From positions 58,528,001 to 58,592,000 of the forward strand of contig OX597832.1 of assembly GCA_951406725.2 (NCBI GenBank): a stretch of 64,000 bases of DNA, in the 5' to 3' direction. Source of the DNA: Octopus vulgaris (taxonomy: Eukaryota). Under the pieces are notes generated by a model. That model saw nothing but the letters and a program-made list of their open reading frames with translations. It searched no databases and was not told where the DNA came from. This document shows positions 26,645 to 38,768 of this stretch, piece after piece (position 1 is the stretch's first letter; each line of letters starts with the position of its first letter). The translations under genes were made by a program, and so were the position numbers.

Positions 26645-26860
26645 ATGGCTTAGTGGTTAGGGTGTTGGACTCATGATCGTAAGATTGCAGTTTCGATTAC
26701 TGGACCGGGCACTTCATTTCACCTTGCTCCAGTCCACTCAACTGGCAAAAATGTGTAATCCTGCGTCGGACCGGCATCCTTTCCACGTGGAAACTTTATA
26801 CGCCAGAGAAACCGAAAAGCGACCCCTGTGAGTCGGTATGACTCAAGGAAGTAACCTTAC
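26645..26860 (+). mobile_element. SINE family D copy
   Basis: TGGCTTAGTGG A-box, GTTTCGATTACT B-box, homology to 25322-25558. Confidence 0.6.
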
Positions 26861-27320
26861 TTTTTGTACTTTACCATCTATACATTTCCAAGCAATGACT
26901 ATATTACTATATTGACTATATTACATTGACTATATTACTCAATGTTAGGTTGTCGTGTTTAAAACGGCAGAGTGTAATTTGATGGAGAATTGGCTTCTAT
27001 TTCTAGCATCTGGAGTGACCCCGTGTATGATTCCTCATTGGCTCGGGCCTTGAAACATCTATGATAATGAAAAACGTCAAACCTTTAACTGTCATTTATA
27101 GTGAATACATACGTCTTTTGTTTCGTCAGGTTATAATTTGCAGGAGACTGGAGGTAAGGATGAGTAAGGGCACATCACTTAGAGGTAAAGGCGTTGCACT
27201 CACGATCGCAAGAGCGTCGTTTCGAAACCTGGATTGGGCGGTGCGTTGTGATTTCGAGCAAAACTCTTCATTTCATACTGCTCCGTGGTCAAGCGGTGGT
27301 GAAGGGCAAACACACACACA

Positions 27321-27372
<52 letters not shown>

Positions 27373-28356
27373 TATACACACACACACACACACACGATGG
27401 ATCCTTTTCACTTTCCGTCTCTCAAATCCACTAAAAAGTTGTGGGGGAAGTAAACAAACTAACACCGGTTGTCAAGCGATGGGAAAGACAACCAGACTCA
27501 AAGGCACTCACATAACACTCACTTGTATACACGGCGGGCTTCTGCACAGTTTCCATTTAATAGATTCACTCACTCACTCACTCTACAAGGCATTGGTCAG
27601 ATCGTGGGTTACAGTAGAAAAACACCAAGTCCAAGTTGCCGCGCAATGCGATTGAACCCGAAACTATGCGGCTTCAAAGCAAGTATCTTAACCACCACAC
27701 AGCCATGCTTGCTATGCTACTGTTGAATAACAGAGAATAAACAACCGCAACACCTATATAAAACTATTATCTATATTATCGACTACAAATGTACGAAAGG
27801 GAAAAGCTGTTCCGCCAAAGGACTTGAGTTTGAAAGAAAAAAAAACAAATAGGGATTTGCAGAGTTGTCAGATCTAACTTCTGTTCAACCTTTAATCAAG
27901 TAATCGTATATTTTCAACGACTTGCTGTTCTAGTTAATAAATAAATATTAATTTAATTGGTTCATTAACTTTGGCAAATTAGTTTGGCCGACTTAGGATA
28001 ATTCTGGTTGAAAATGTTGGACAGGTTTGCAGACCATTTCCGCAGAAAGATGCTTCACATGCAAAGTAAATAGAAGTATACATTGATTCTTGCAGAAAAC
28101 ATACGCACATAATACGTATATACATACGTATATACATACGTATATACATACGTATATCCATACGTATATCCATATGTACGTACATAGATGCATATATATA
28201 TATATGTATGTATGTGTGTATTCGTACATACGCATACATACATAACGTATGCACACACATACACACACACATATATGTGCATATTCACATCTATACACAC
28301 ACATACTTACACACATATTTACACATGCATATATATATATACATATATGCAAACAT

Positions 28357-28389
<33 letters not shown>

Positions 28390-29264
28390 CACACACACAT
28401 CTATACACGCATACCTATACATGCGTATTTCCACACGGATATAAACACATATATTTATACTACACACACACACAAACGCACACACACGCACACACATATA
28501 TAGGAGTGTGTGTATGTATCTTCCTTTGGTGCCTTGTGGTTGAGCCAACAGCTTTACGTTCTCCAACATGGAGTAGTTATTGAATTATTCTTAATTAGAT
28601 ATTGCTATCCAACTGGAATGGTAACCTCAGATTTAACGCACCGTAGTTTGGAATCTATTGCCACTTTTAAATGGAACAACAAGACATTGCAGCACGACTG
28701 AATGTCACCAACGTTATCCAAGTTTAATCAAATTGATTTTAGCTTCGGTTCTCAAATATTGGAGTCAGATAGTTAGACAGATATCGCTGTAAAAGTAAAT
28801 TTTATGCTGCCAGTGTGATCTATTTAAATAAATTATCTCCATTTCGTTGAAGCTTTGAGACAACAAACCCATCAGATTATAACACATGATATTTTCCAGG
28901 TACTTTGCAGCGGTTTTAGAGTTCCTTCCTATGGTCTCTCTCTCCAATTTTCTATGTGATATTTTAAATATTTGTTTCTGCTTTAACTTAGATTTATATT
29001 ATATTTCCGTTCCTCTCTTCTGTTTCTAAATACGCAAACATCCAACAGGTTGTGATAAAGAGGTCCCTATTTATTTAAATACGAAAGGAAATATCGCCAT
29101 TTTAACATTATTACAGAACAAACATAAGATGGTGGATAGGAAGAATTCGTTAGAACATAGGATGAAGTGCCTTGTCGTCCTTCTCCTACACCTTATCTTC
29201 TGTGTTTTAATTCTACCAAGGGAAAATTGCCAAATTGTCTTTCGTTATCGTTACGGAGTATAAA

Positions 29265-29900
29265 ACGGCGAATTGGGAAAATCACTAGCATGCCAAGCAA
29301 AATACTTTGCGGCATTTCACCAGTCCCTACAACCTGAGTTCAAATTCCACCGAAGGCGACTTTGCATTTCATCTCTTCAGGGTCGATAAAATAAGTACCA
29401 GTTGAATACTGGGGTCAATGTAATCGTTTAGCTCCTTCCCCAAAAATTTCAGACATTGTACCTGTAGCTGAAAGGATTATTATTAGGGCAGTAATTAGAA
29501 GGCGGTGAGCTGGTAGAATCATTAGCATGCCAGAAAAAAATGCTTAACGGTAATTCGTCTATTTTGCTTTCTGAGCTTAAATTCCGCCGAAGTCGACTTT
29601 GCATTTCATCCTTTTGCGATTGATAAAATAAATACCGCGTGAACACTGGGTAAATGTTATGACTTTCGCACCAAATTTCAAACCTTGTACCTATAGCAGA
29701 ACGGGTTAGCTTCCCGGTGTAGAAGACAGCGAGCTGGCAGAATCGTTTGTATGTCCGCCAAAATATTTAGCGACATCTCTTCAGACTCATATTTTCAGTT
29801 CAAACTCAGCCGAAGTCGACATTACCGTTCATCATTTCTGAGTCGATGGAATCAGTATCCGATGAGTCCTAGGGTCGATGTAATCGACTTACTCCACATC
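29265..29900 (+). mobile_element. Three head-to-tail diverged SINE family B copies
   Basis: Heads at ~29265, ~29500 and ~29730, each with the central domain. Confidence 0.75.
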
Positions 29901-30039
29901 ACGAAACTGATGGTCCATATCTGATCCTATTAACCATTACAGGGGCCATATTATTTTCTTCAAGTACAAAGCCCGAGATAACCGACAAAACCAACCCCAA
30001 CAAAATTATTAGCTTTGTGTTTATATTCAAATCAATTCG

Positions 30040-30430
30040 CAGGCGTGGCTATGTGGTATGAATCTTACTTCCCAGGAACATGGTTCCGGGTTCAGTCCCA
30101 CTGCGTGGCACCTTGTACGAGTGTCTTTTACTATTACCTCGGGACGATCAAAGCCTTGTGAGTGGATTTGATGGACGGAAACTGAAAGAAGCCTGCTGAA
30201 TATGTCTAGAGGTGTGTATGTATCTGTGTTTGCCTTTGTGTCTGTATTTGACAGCCGATCTTGGTGTTTTAGGCTCCCCGCAACTTAGCCGTTCGATAAA
30301 AGCTACCGATAGAATAAGTACCTGGCTTTAGAAAATGTCCTGGGGGTCGACATGCTCGACTAAACAGTTTCAAACTGGTGCCCCAGTATGGCAGCAATCA
30401 AATGAAATAAGTGAAAGTTGGAAGAAAAAG
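30040..30430 (+). mobile_element. SINE family A, diverged
   Basis: Homology to 6993-7461. Confidence 0.85.
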
Positions 30431-30435
30431 GTATA

Positions 30436-30497
<62 letters not shown>

Positions 30498-30589
30498 GTA
30501 CATACACACATACATATACGCACCATACATACATATACATACATACAAACATACATACTTACATCCATCCATACATAGATATATATCCA

Positions 30590-30830
30590 CACGTAACACA
30601 CTGACTAAATACCAATCTTGAGAAGTTAGGCTTCTCAAAACCAGAAATAAGGCTAATTCGAAGACTACAGGTCCAATCCATCACTGGAACTGTAAAAATC
30701 TGTAAAACCTTCCAGAAGTTAATCATTTAAATATATATATGTGCATGTCTAGATATGCAAATATATGCATGAGAATATATACATAAAACAAAACATACAA
30801 ATCTGCACGTATACCTACGTACATACATAC
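30590..30830 (+). mobile_element. RLE-LINE 3' fragment in (CATA)n
   Basis: [41 protein letters not shown]; 3' UTR matches the reverse complement of ~37680-37760; CATA repeats on both sides. Confidence 0.75.
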
Positions 30831-31234
30831 ATACATAAATACATACATATATATAGATACATGCATACATAGAAATACATACATAGTGATCAGAGCAAAC
30901 AGAATCAGAATATGCTTCAACGAGTAAATGTATGGAATACAAAACCTCTCCGTAGCTTTCTTTAGTCGGCTAAAAAGACAGGATCCACTCTCGCTGCACT
31001 GTTTTGAATTGCTAACAATCTAAGTGTTTGTCTTCTTCGAGTTATCTTTCCTTGGCAGGTATTTTTACGTTTCTTTAGATTCTAAACACCCGCAGCAGCA
31101 ATACTTGTTTTGTAACTGAAAGTTTACTTTGAATTAATTGAAATTTTTATCAGTTTACACCGTAATGTATGCGAGAATCTACAGCAAACATCTATACATG
31201 CATATATACACACACTCATGTACTGGGTGATATA

Positions 31235-31301
<67 letters not shown>

Positions 31302-31600
31302 TATCTGTACACACACACACACATACACACTCCCGCATACACACATGTATATGTACATATCCATATATACAGATATATGTGTGTGTGTATGTGAATATCT
31401 TGCATACATTTATATGCATCGATCAATACATACATGCGTATACACATACACACATATATGTATATGTAAGTTTATATATATATATATACACAGACACATA
31501 TATATATATACATATAATTTACATATATATACATATAGTATATATATATATATAATATTGATCTCTATATATTATATTATATTATACTATATTATATAAT

Positions 31601-31636
<36 letters not shown>

Positions 31637-31638
31637 CG

Positions 31639-31713
<75 letters not shown>

Positions 31714-33040
31714 GATTTTCAGCTGTCTACGTAAAATTCTTGTATATCTGCAGATGACTAACCCTGCGTTGAGGCAATTAGCAAACGCCATTGCAAGAAT
31801 GTTTTGCAGGCAATTAACAACACAATTATTGAGAAAATAATCAAGACGCGTTTACACATAAAAACATTATCGATAGAATATCCATCCATTCATCGATAGC
31901 CGGGGAACGCTTTGGCAGAGTGAAAGTATAGCATCATTTGAACTCATAGCTGCTTCATAATATTATATCCATCATTTCAATTCGTTTTGTTTACCAAGCA
32001 AAATATCTCTGAAACATTATGGTAATTAGAATTCCACGCGTTTTAAATTGATACATAAGAAGCTTTCGACTTTTATATCGGCAACATCGTGAACAAAGAC
32101 TCACTTTCCTCTCTGTCTCTCCAAAAACCAAAAAAGAAAAAGAAAAAGAAAAAGGAAATGTTTAGTCCAACTCAAAGAACCTGCGTAACTAAGCAACGGT
32201 TTTGCATTAGTCCTTACTCAGTTTATTTAAAATGAATTTAAAAATCTTTCAAGAAGTGTTATCGCTTTCTGCTGCTGCTGCTGCTGCTGCTGTTCTTTGT
32301 TTCTCTTTTGGATATTCTTGTTCGTCAATAACGTAATCGCCGTGACAAGACAGTCGATTCAATTCTAATGGCTTTAGGCAAATATGAGCACCAAAAATAC
32401 ATATTGTTTTATTTTATTTTACTTTTACTTCCTTGTTTACCCCCACAATGTATAGAAATTTATATGTAAAACGTTCCTCCACTATACATCCTCCCATTCT
32501 CTTCTTCTTCTTCTTCTTCTTCTTCTTCTTCTTCTTCTTCTTCTTCTTCTTCTTCTTCTTCTTCTTCTTCTATTTTTGTCCTCTCCAGCTTCTCCTCAAC
32601 GTACCCCCCTCCTCCTCTTCCTCCTCCTCTTCCTCCTCCTGCTCCTGCTCCTCCTCCTCTACTGTAGTTTCGCATTACGTAATCTATTGTCTGTCAGGGA
32701 GCAGCAAACTACGGAACGAGTGCCGGCTGCCAACGATAGAATTTTGTTATGCTAGGAATAATAGCCAAATTTCCCAAACATCGTAGCCTATTCTCATAAA
32801 AACAAAGGACGGATGCATTTGGTAATATAATCCTTAATTTCCTCAAACAACCTGAATGGAGGATCACGGGTGGATTGATTTTGGTCTTGGTTCTACAAGA
32901 GGGAAACATCAACCACATCATGACCATGATCATCATCATCATCATCGTCGTCATCAGCATCAATAACAACAACAGTAACAACAACAATGTCAACAGCCTG
33001 CAATAGGTTGGTTTGATAGCTTTCACGTCTGGAATGTAAT

Positions 33041-33054
33041 GCAGTAGAGGGCGC
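33041..33054 (+). promoter_or_regulatory. Candidate CTCF core motif
   Basis: GCAGTAGAGGGCGC versus consensus CCASYAGRKGGCRC (one mismatch), in non-TE sequence. Confidence 0.35.
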
Positions 33055-33367
33055 AAGCAGAGCAGCGTGTCACTTCCCGCCCATCCATCTCTCCTTTCTC
33101 CTGATCCACTCCTCCTCTCTTTCCCACTCATCATCCGTTCCTCTCCTTCCCTCTCACTCCCACTCCCATTCCTCGTCCCATCCATTCATTCTTACATTCC
33201 TCCTCCTCCTTTTCCTCCTCTTCCTCCTTTTCCTCCTTTTCCTCCTCTTCCTCCTTTTCCTCCTCTTCCTCCTTTTCCTCTCCCCTTCTGTTCCTCCTGT
33301 TCCTCGTCTTCCTCCTGTTCTTCTTCCTCCTCCACCTCCTCCTCCTCTTACCACCACCACCACCACA

Positions 33368-33429
<62 letters not shown>

Positions 33430-34015
33430 ACAAGGACTTAAAGTCACGTCGGTAGATCCCCCCACACACATCTGCACGTGAAGATTCAATTGATGTGAAG
33501 ATAGAAAGACCCAGTGTGGATCAATTCAGTGAGCTGGTGGGCGGTGGGTGTGGGTGTGGGGGCATTTACGGGAAATTAATTCTTGAGAGGAAGCAGAAAA
33601 TGAAGAGTCTGAGATATGCATTCCAAGAGTTATGGAATGGATAACATGTGTGATAGAGGTGGGCGAAAGAAAGAGTGTGGACCAATAATTGGAGAGTACC
33701 AGAACACTGTGAATAAGAGAAGTGGACGCTTGCACACATGAGCAAAATCAGGTGGTCTGCGAGAATAAGTGCGGAAGTGAATTAAATAGTGGAGTTTTTC
33801 TATGAATCTTTCTTCTGCATATTCGACGAAGGACTATCTCCGCAACGTCTTGCTTTTTGTCTTCACTTTCCCTTTTTAACATGTTTCTTTTTCGAGTATT
33901 ACTACGAAGATTTAATGCTTTTGTGTTTGAGTTCATCGTTTGTTATTGATTTGGAATATATTTTAATCGGTAGGACAAATAATTAGAGGTATAGAAGTAT
34001 AACTAAAGGTATTAA

Positions 34016-34413
34016 GTAAAGATTGTTTGCCAACATAACATGGCAGTCCTGGTTTAGGACGAATGTTGCTGTAATTTAGCCCCAGGAGACATTGTCTCCA
34101 GCAGGCTATACGACACGATCTGTGTCCCTATATTTTCGAACAAGGGAATCTAGCACCCCCACTCGGCTCTAAACAATATCTGTGTATCACGATTTACGGG
34201 TTATGAGCTGAGTGAGGGTGCTAGATTCCCTTGTTCGAAAATATAAGGACACAGATCGTGTCGTATAGCCTGCAGGAGACGATGTCTCCTGGGACTAAAT
34301 TACAGCAACATTCGTCCTAAACCAGGACTGCCATGTTATGTTGGCAAACAATCTTTACTCCAAAGTACTGTTGCTGAATATCTCTCGTTGTGAGATTTAC
34401 AAATAGTAATTTT
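34016..34413 (+). mobile_element. HHR-less PLE-like element: 154-bp inverted arms, 55-nt tail, 13-bp target-site duplication
   Basis: Arms 34016-34169 / 34205-34358 (six mismatches); CTAAAGGTATTAA at 34003-34015 and 34414-34426. Confidence 0.85.
34303..34413 (+). ncRNA. Putative structured RNA: four-way junction plus 3' hairpin and possible pseudoknot
   Basis: CAGCAACA-TTC-[GTCCT AAACC AGGAC]-T-[GCCA TGTTATGT TGGC]-AAACAAT-[CTTT ACTCC AAAG]-TAC-TGTTGCTG..[TCTC GTTGT GAGA]..ATAGTAATTTT; compensatory changes in two other copies. Strand not certain. Confidence 0.55.
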
Positions 34414-34568
34414 CTAAAGGTATTAAACTTCGGAATATTTGCAAACAAGTTTAGTAATCCTATTCTCTAGCATCGTCGTGAAATATAGTTTATCGTAGTT
34501 CATGATGTTTTCTCACCAACACAAAAGTTTTACAACGCGGTTTCAATATCTGAACACGAAGAACGCAT

Positions 34569-34769
34569 ACAGTTCTATATTTAAGAGATGAGGAATTATG
34601 TACATTATTTACATTATTTACATTCGACGGATATTTGTCCTCATCTTGTTTGTTGTTAACACAACGTTTCAGCTGATGTACCCTCGAGCCTTCATTAGGT
34701 GTCTCGGGGAAATTTCGAACCTGGGTTCTCATTCCTAAGGTATTTTTCGATGTTGTTGTTGTTGTTGTT

Positions 34770-34867
<98 letters not shown>

Positions 34868-34933
34868 CATTATAATCGAACTCGGCATCTTCGGATAAGT
34901 AGCCCGCGCTCTTAACCACTACGCCATATGCCC
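34569..34933 (-). mobile_element. Second copy of the tRNA-headed hammerhead element (HHR 34658-34703)
   Basis: GGGCATATGGCGTAGTGGTTAAGAGCGCGGGCTAC..GAGTTCGATT, (TAA/GAA/CAA)n, GACAC-CTAATGA-A-GGCTCG..TCAGCT-GAAA-C-GTT-GTGTT, same 3' end AGAACTGTAT. Confidence 0.85.
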
Positions 34934-35276
34934 ATGTTTGTAAGTTTGCGTTATACCTCCTTCTCAGTCTGTATATATGTGGTTTTGTGTGCATGTGTGT
35001 GTGTGTGGTGGTGGTGGTGGTGGGGCATAAGATAATTCATCGCAAAAGCAACACTAATGGATACACAGTGAGATACAACACAATATTCAGTATTATACAA
35101 GTTGTTTCTATATTTTCTATTTTGTTTTATTTCAAGAAAAAAGAAATAATACAATACACATTTATTTTAAATTCAACCCACTTACAATATTTCTCTATTG
35201 TTCGATTTTCATACATTACTTAATTGTATATATACTTCATTAATATATGTCTGCGACATGTAATGGTATTTTGTAC

Positions 35277-36040
35277 GAGGAGTGCTGGCAGAATCGCTAC
35301 ACATTTCGTTTCACCGGGCGGAATGTTTAGCGATATCATACCCGTCTAAACGTACTGAGTTTAAAAGCCACTGCAGTCGACTAGGCCTTTCAGACATATC
35401 CTTTCAGCTTCGATAAAATAAGTACCAGTTAAACACTGGTGTCGATGAAATCGACTTAACTGCCATTGTGTCAGAATTTAAAACCGATTGTTATGTTTAT
35501 GCTTAAGGCGGCAAGCTGGTAGAAACGTTAGCTCGCCGGGCGAAATACTTAGCGGTGTTTCGTCTGCTGTTACGTTCGGAGTTCAAATTTCGCTGAGGTC
35601 AACTTTGCCTTTCATCCTTTCGGGGTCGATAAATTAAGTACCAGTTACGCACTGGTGTCGATGTAATCGACTTAACCCTCCCCTAAAATTGCTGTCCTTG
35701 TGCCAAAATTTGAAATCCGTTCTATACAAGATGCTTCTGTACTGTCTCCTTTGGTGTATATCTAGAAAAAAATATATAATACACATTATGTATTTTATGC
35801 TGAACCTACTTTCAATAATTCTTTATCGTTCGGCTTTGTTATGTTATTTAATTGTATATACACTTCATTAACATATGTCTGAGATATATATAAGAATTTT
35901 GAGGCGGGGAGCTGGTAGAATTGTGTGCATGGTGGAAAAAATGCTCAGCTACATTTCGACTGTCATTAATTTCTGAGTTCAAATTCCGCTGAGGTTGACT
36001 TCGCCTTTTATCCTTTCGGGGTCGATGAATAGGTACCAGT
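35277..36040 (+). mobile_element. Cluster of three SINE family B copies; flank at ~35220 duplicated at ~35850
   Basis: Copies at ~35277, ~35507 and ~35902; TAATTGTATATA.ACTTCATTAA.ATATGTCTG precedes the first and third. Confidence 0.75.
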
Positions 36041-36446
36041 AAGAACTGTTACCTCTCTTAAGTATTTCCCACTGATAACAGCTACAAAGCTAGTAATGTC
36101 GATGTCATGCAATCCTGATAAATGGCGACACTGGCCAGATATGATGGTTTTACCTTTTTACCAAAAGATAGAATTTTCTCCCGCGGTAACTGCAGTGAAT
36201 TTGCCATTTAACAGTTGTGATATGTAACAAACATAATTTGGCTAACTTTGAGGATGCCTAAATACAATTTGGCGCTGTTCGAGTCTCGTGATTGGCATAT
36301 CGATCAAGCATTACATACCATAGATTGACCAATACTTTTTGGGTGTATTTCAGATTGCAGAAGGTACTCGCATTCTTGTATGTGAGTATATCTGTGTGTA
36401 TGCAGATGGGTACTTAAGCAGATAGACAAATAAGTATGTATCTATG

Positions 36447-36478
<32 letters not shown>

Positions 36479-37234
36479 TGTATGTATGTATGTATGTGTG
36501 TATGTATGTATGTATGTACGCATGTGTGTGTGTGTATGTATTGAAAGGTGTGCACAGACATATAGGCAGAATATTTGGTGGCGGTTCGTTTTTCATGCGT
36601 TCGCAGACTATGCACACAAAAAGTTCAATGCAATGTATACCAGAAGGTTTGCAAATCCAACGGAGGCCCCAACAGACATTTTAAGATCCGTGGTTCGGAC
36701 AATATCGCCACTGGGATATATCAGTGGCGGCGAGGGTTCGGACAATATCGCCACTGGAATATATCACAAACAAAACAAAACCAAAGCCCAAAAAAAGCTC
36801 AATTTCTATAACGTGTGGCCAACGGTTTTGATATTGTCTCGTATTTAACATCTACGTTTAATAACCTGTTGTTGTAAACCTGAAGAGGGGTATATCTGTT
36901 CCGACTATATACATGTTAAATTTAATTGCCAAACCACTTGCAATCAAATGGATTCCCTTTATGTCCAGGTAAATAGCAACCTTCAACACGATGTTGGCAT
37001 TTATGTTTTTGTTTACGCATTATTGAAACGAATAGGATTGCTTGTGTAGGTAATAGATTGATTCTCCCCCTATCTCATTCTCATTGTCACAATATGCCTA
37101 TAAGTTTATGTATGCATGTTTGTGTTTGTATGTACGTATGTACGTATGCACGTATGTATGTATGTATGCATGCATGTATGTATGTATGTATGTATGTACG
37201 TATGTATGTATGTATGTATGTATGTATGTATGTA

Positions 37235-37265
<31 letters not shown>

Positions 37266-37299
37266 ATGTATGTATGTATGTATGTATGTATGTATGTAT

Positions 37300-38545
37300 G
37301 TTTCTCTACTGTTCTTAATAATTGAAAATCTTCCTCTGAAGAAGGAGCTAGTTTCTAATAGAGATACACAGCTCCATCATTGGAATGTAGATAACGGAAA
37401 CAACGTCACACTTTAAACCAGAGAAAATTCTTGCATAGCTTTACGGTTCTGCTTACAGAAAGAATATGTATTAGTAATGTACGAATTAGTTGATTTCTTT
37501 TTCAGAAAATCCAAGCTTATCAGGAGTGAGAGATATTGTATGTCTGTGTGGATGTCATTGTTCAGATTTATTTCAAGATATCTTGCCAAATAGAGAAAGA
37601 GCTGGTTTCTAACCTAGAACCAATACTCCTTCATTGGAATTTTGACATCATCAACAGGGTATTTGGTTTGTATGTATGTGTGCAGATTTGTATGTTTTGT
37701 TTTATGCATGTATTCTCATGCATATAGTTGCATATCTAGAAATGCTCATATATATTTAAATGATAAATTTCTAGAAAGTTTTACAGATTTTTACAGTTTC
37801 GGTGATGGACTGGATCTGTAGTCATCGAATTAACTTTCAGCTTTCCGGTTGTATGTATGTATGCATGTATGTATGTATGTATGTATGTATGTATGTATGT
37901 ATGTATGTATGTATGTATGTATGTATGTATGTATGCATGCATGCATGTATGTATGTATGTACGTATGTACGTATGTATGTATGTATGTATGTATGTATTA
38001 TCTAAGTACGTATGTATGTATATATGTATTATCTAAGTACGTATGTATGTATCTTAGTACATATGTATGTATGTATTATGTATGTATGTATGTATGTATG
38101 TATGTATGTATGTATGTATGTATGTATGTTTCTCTTTTGTTTTTAATAATTCAATTTTCTAACAAAAATACAAAGATCCATCATTGAAATGTAGATAACG
38201 GAAACAATGTCACATTTTAAACTTCAGGAAAGTCTTGCATATATTTACAGTTCCGCATACAGATCGTATTTATAGTGTGTGAGATAGTTGGTTGGTTTCT
38301 TATTCTCAAAATCCACGTTTATCCAGACTGACAGTTAGGCATTTACTTAAAAAATTAAATAAATGTGAAGTTGTAATCCGGATGTAGAAGCTGGAGATTT
38401 CGAAGCAGTTGTCCATAGTAATCTCCTTTCTCTCTGATTTTCAAACAGATATTCACATCAGCAGGACAGCTGACCCCTATGGCAGTACGTACTTTTTCCT
38501 GGTTTGTCCCAAATAACAATATCCGACCTGTTATGCTTACACTTA
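37300..38545 (-). mobile_element. Head-to-tail array of three RLE-LINE 3' fragments separated by (CATA)n
   Basis: ~38130-38545 (KHNRSDIVIWD..VSCPADVNI..EKGDYYGQLLRNLQLLHPDY..GTVNICKTFLKFKM*), ~37555-37850 and ~37300-37535 (DKLGFSEKE..RTVKLCKNFLWFKV*). Confidence 0.75.
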
Positions 38546-38598
38546 TGTATGAATGCATGCAAGCATGTATGTCTGTATATATATAACAAAGTATGAAT

Positions 38599-38768
38599 AT
38601 TAATTGTTATCGCCATATTAATATGGCAGTCTTATAGATATAAGACTAAGCTGATTAATCAGCGACAGCTTTAGTCTTATATCTATAAGACTGCCATATT
38701 AATATGGCGATAACAATTAATTTCCAGTAACGTTGCCGTAATCTCTTTTAGAGAGACATAGTAATTTT
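38599..38768 (+). mobile_element. Second family of the four-way-junction element with inverted arm (core 38660-38738)
   Basis: Palindrome ~38599-38721; CAGCGAC..[GTCTTATA..TATAAGAC]-T-[GCCATAT TA ATATGGC]-GATAACAAT..GTAAC-GTTGCCG..[TCTC..GAGA]..ATAGTAATTTT; possible AATATT target-site duplication. Confidence 0.7.

Noticed and set aside
28620-28950. Possible degraded mariner transposase (QQDIAARLNV..)
   Set aside because: Similarity too short and frameshifted to support.
34016-34358. A/G differences between arms as a fossil of ADAR editing
   Set aside because: Only six mismatches of mixed direction; comparison with the 7.6-kb copy suggests ordinary transitions.
34303-34376. tRNA or canonical hammerhead interpretation of the 74-nt cloverleaf
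   Set aside because: No T-loop or D-loop consensus, no 7-nt anticodon loop and no CUGANGA on either strand.
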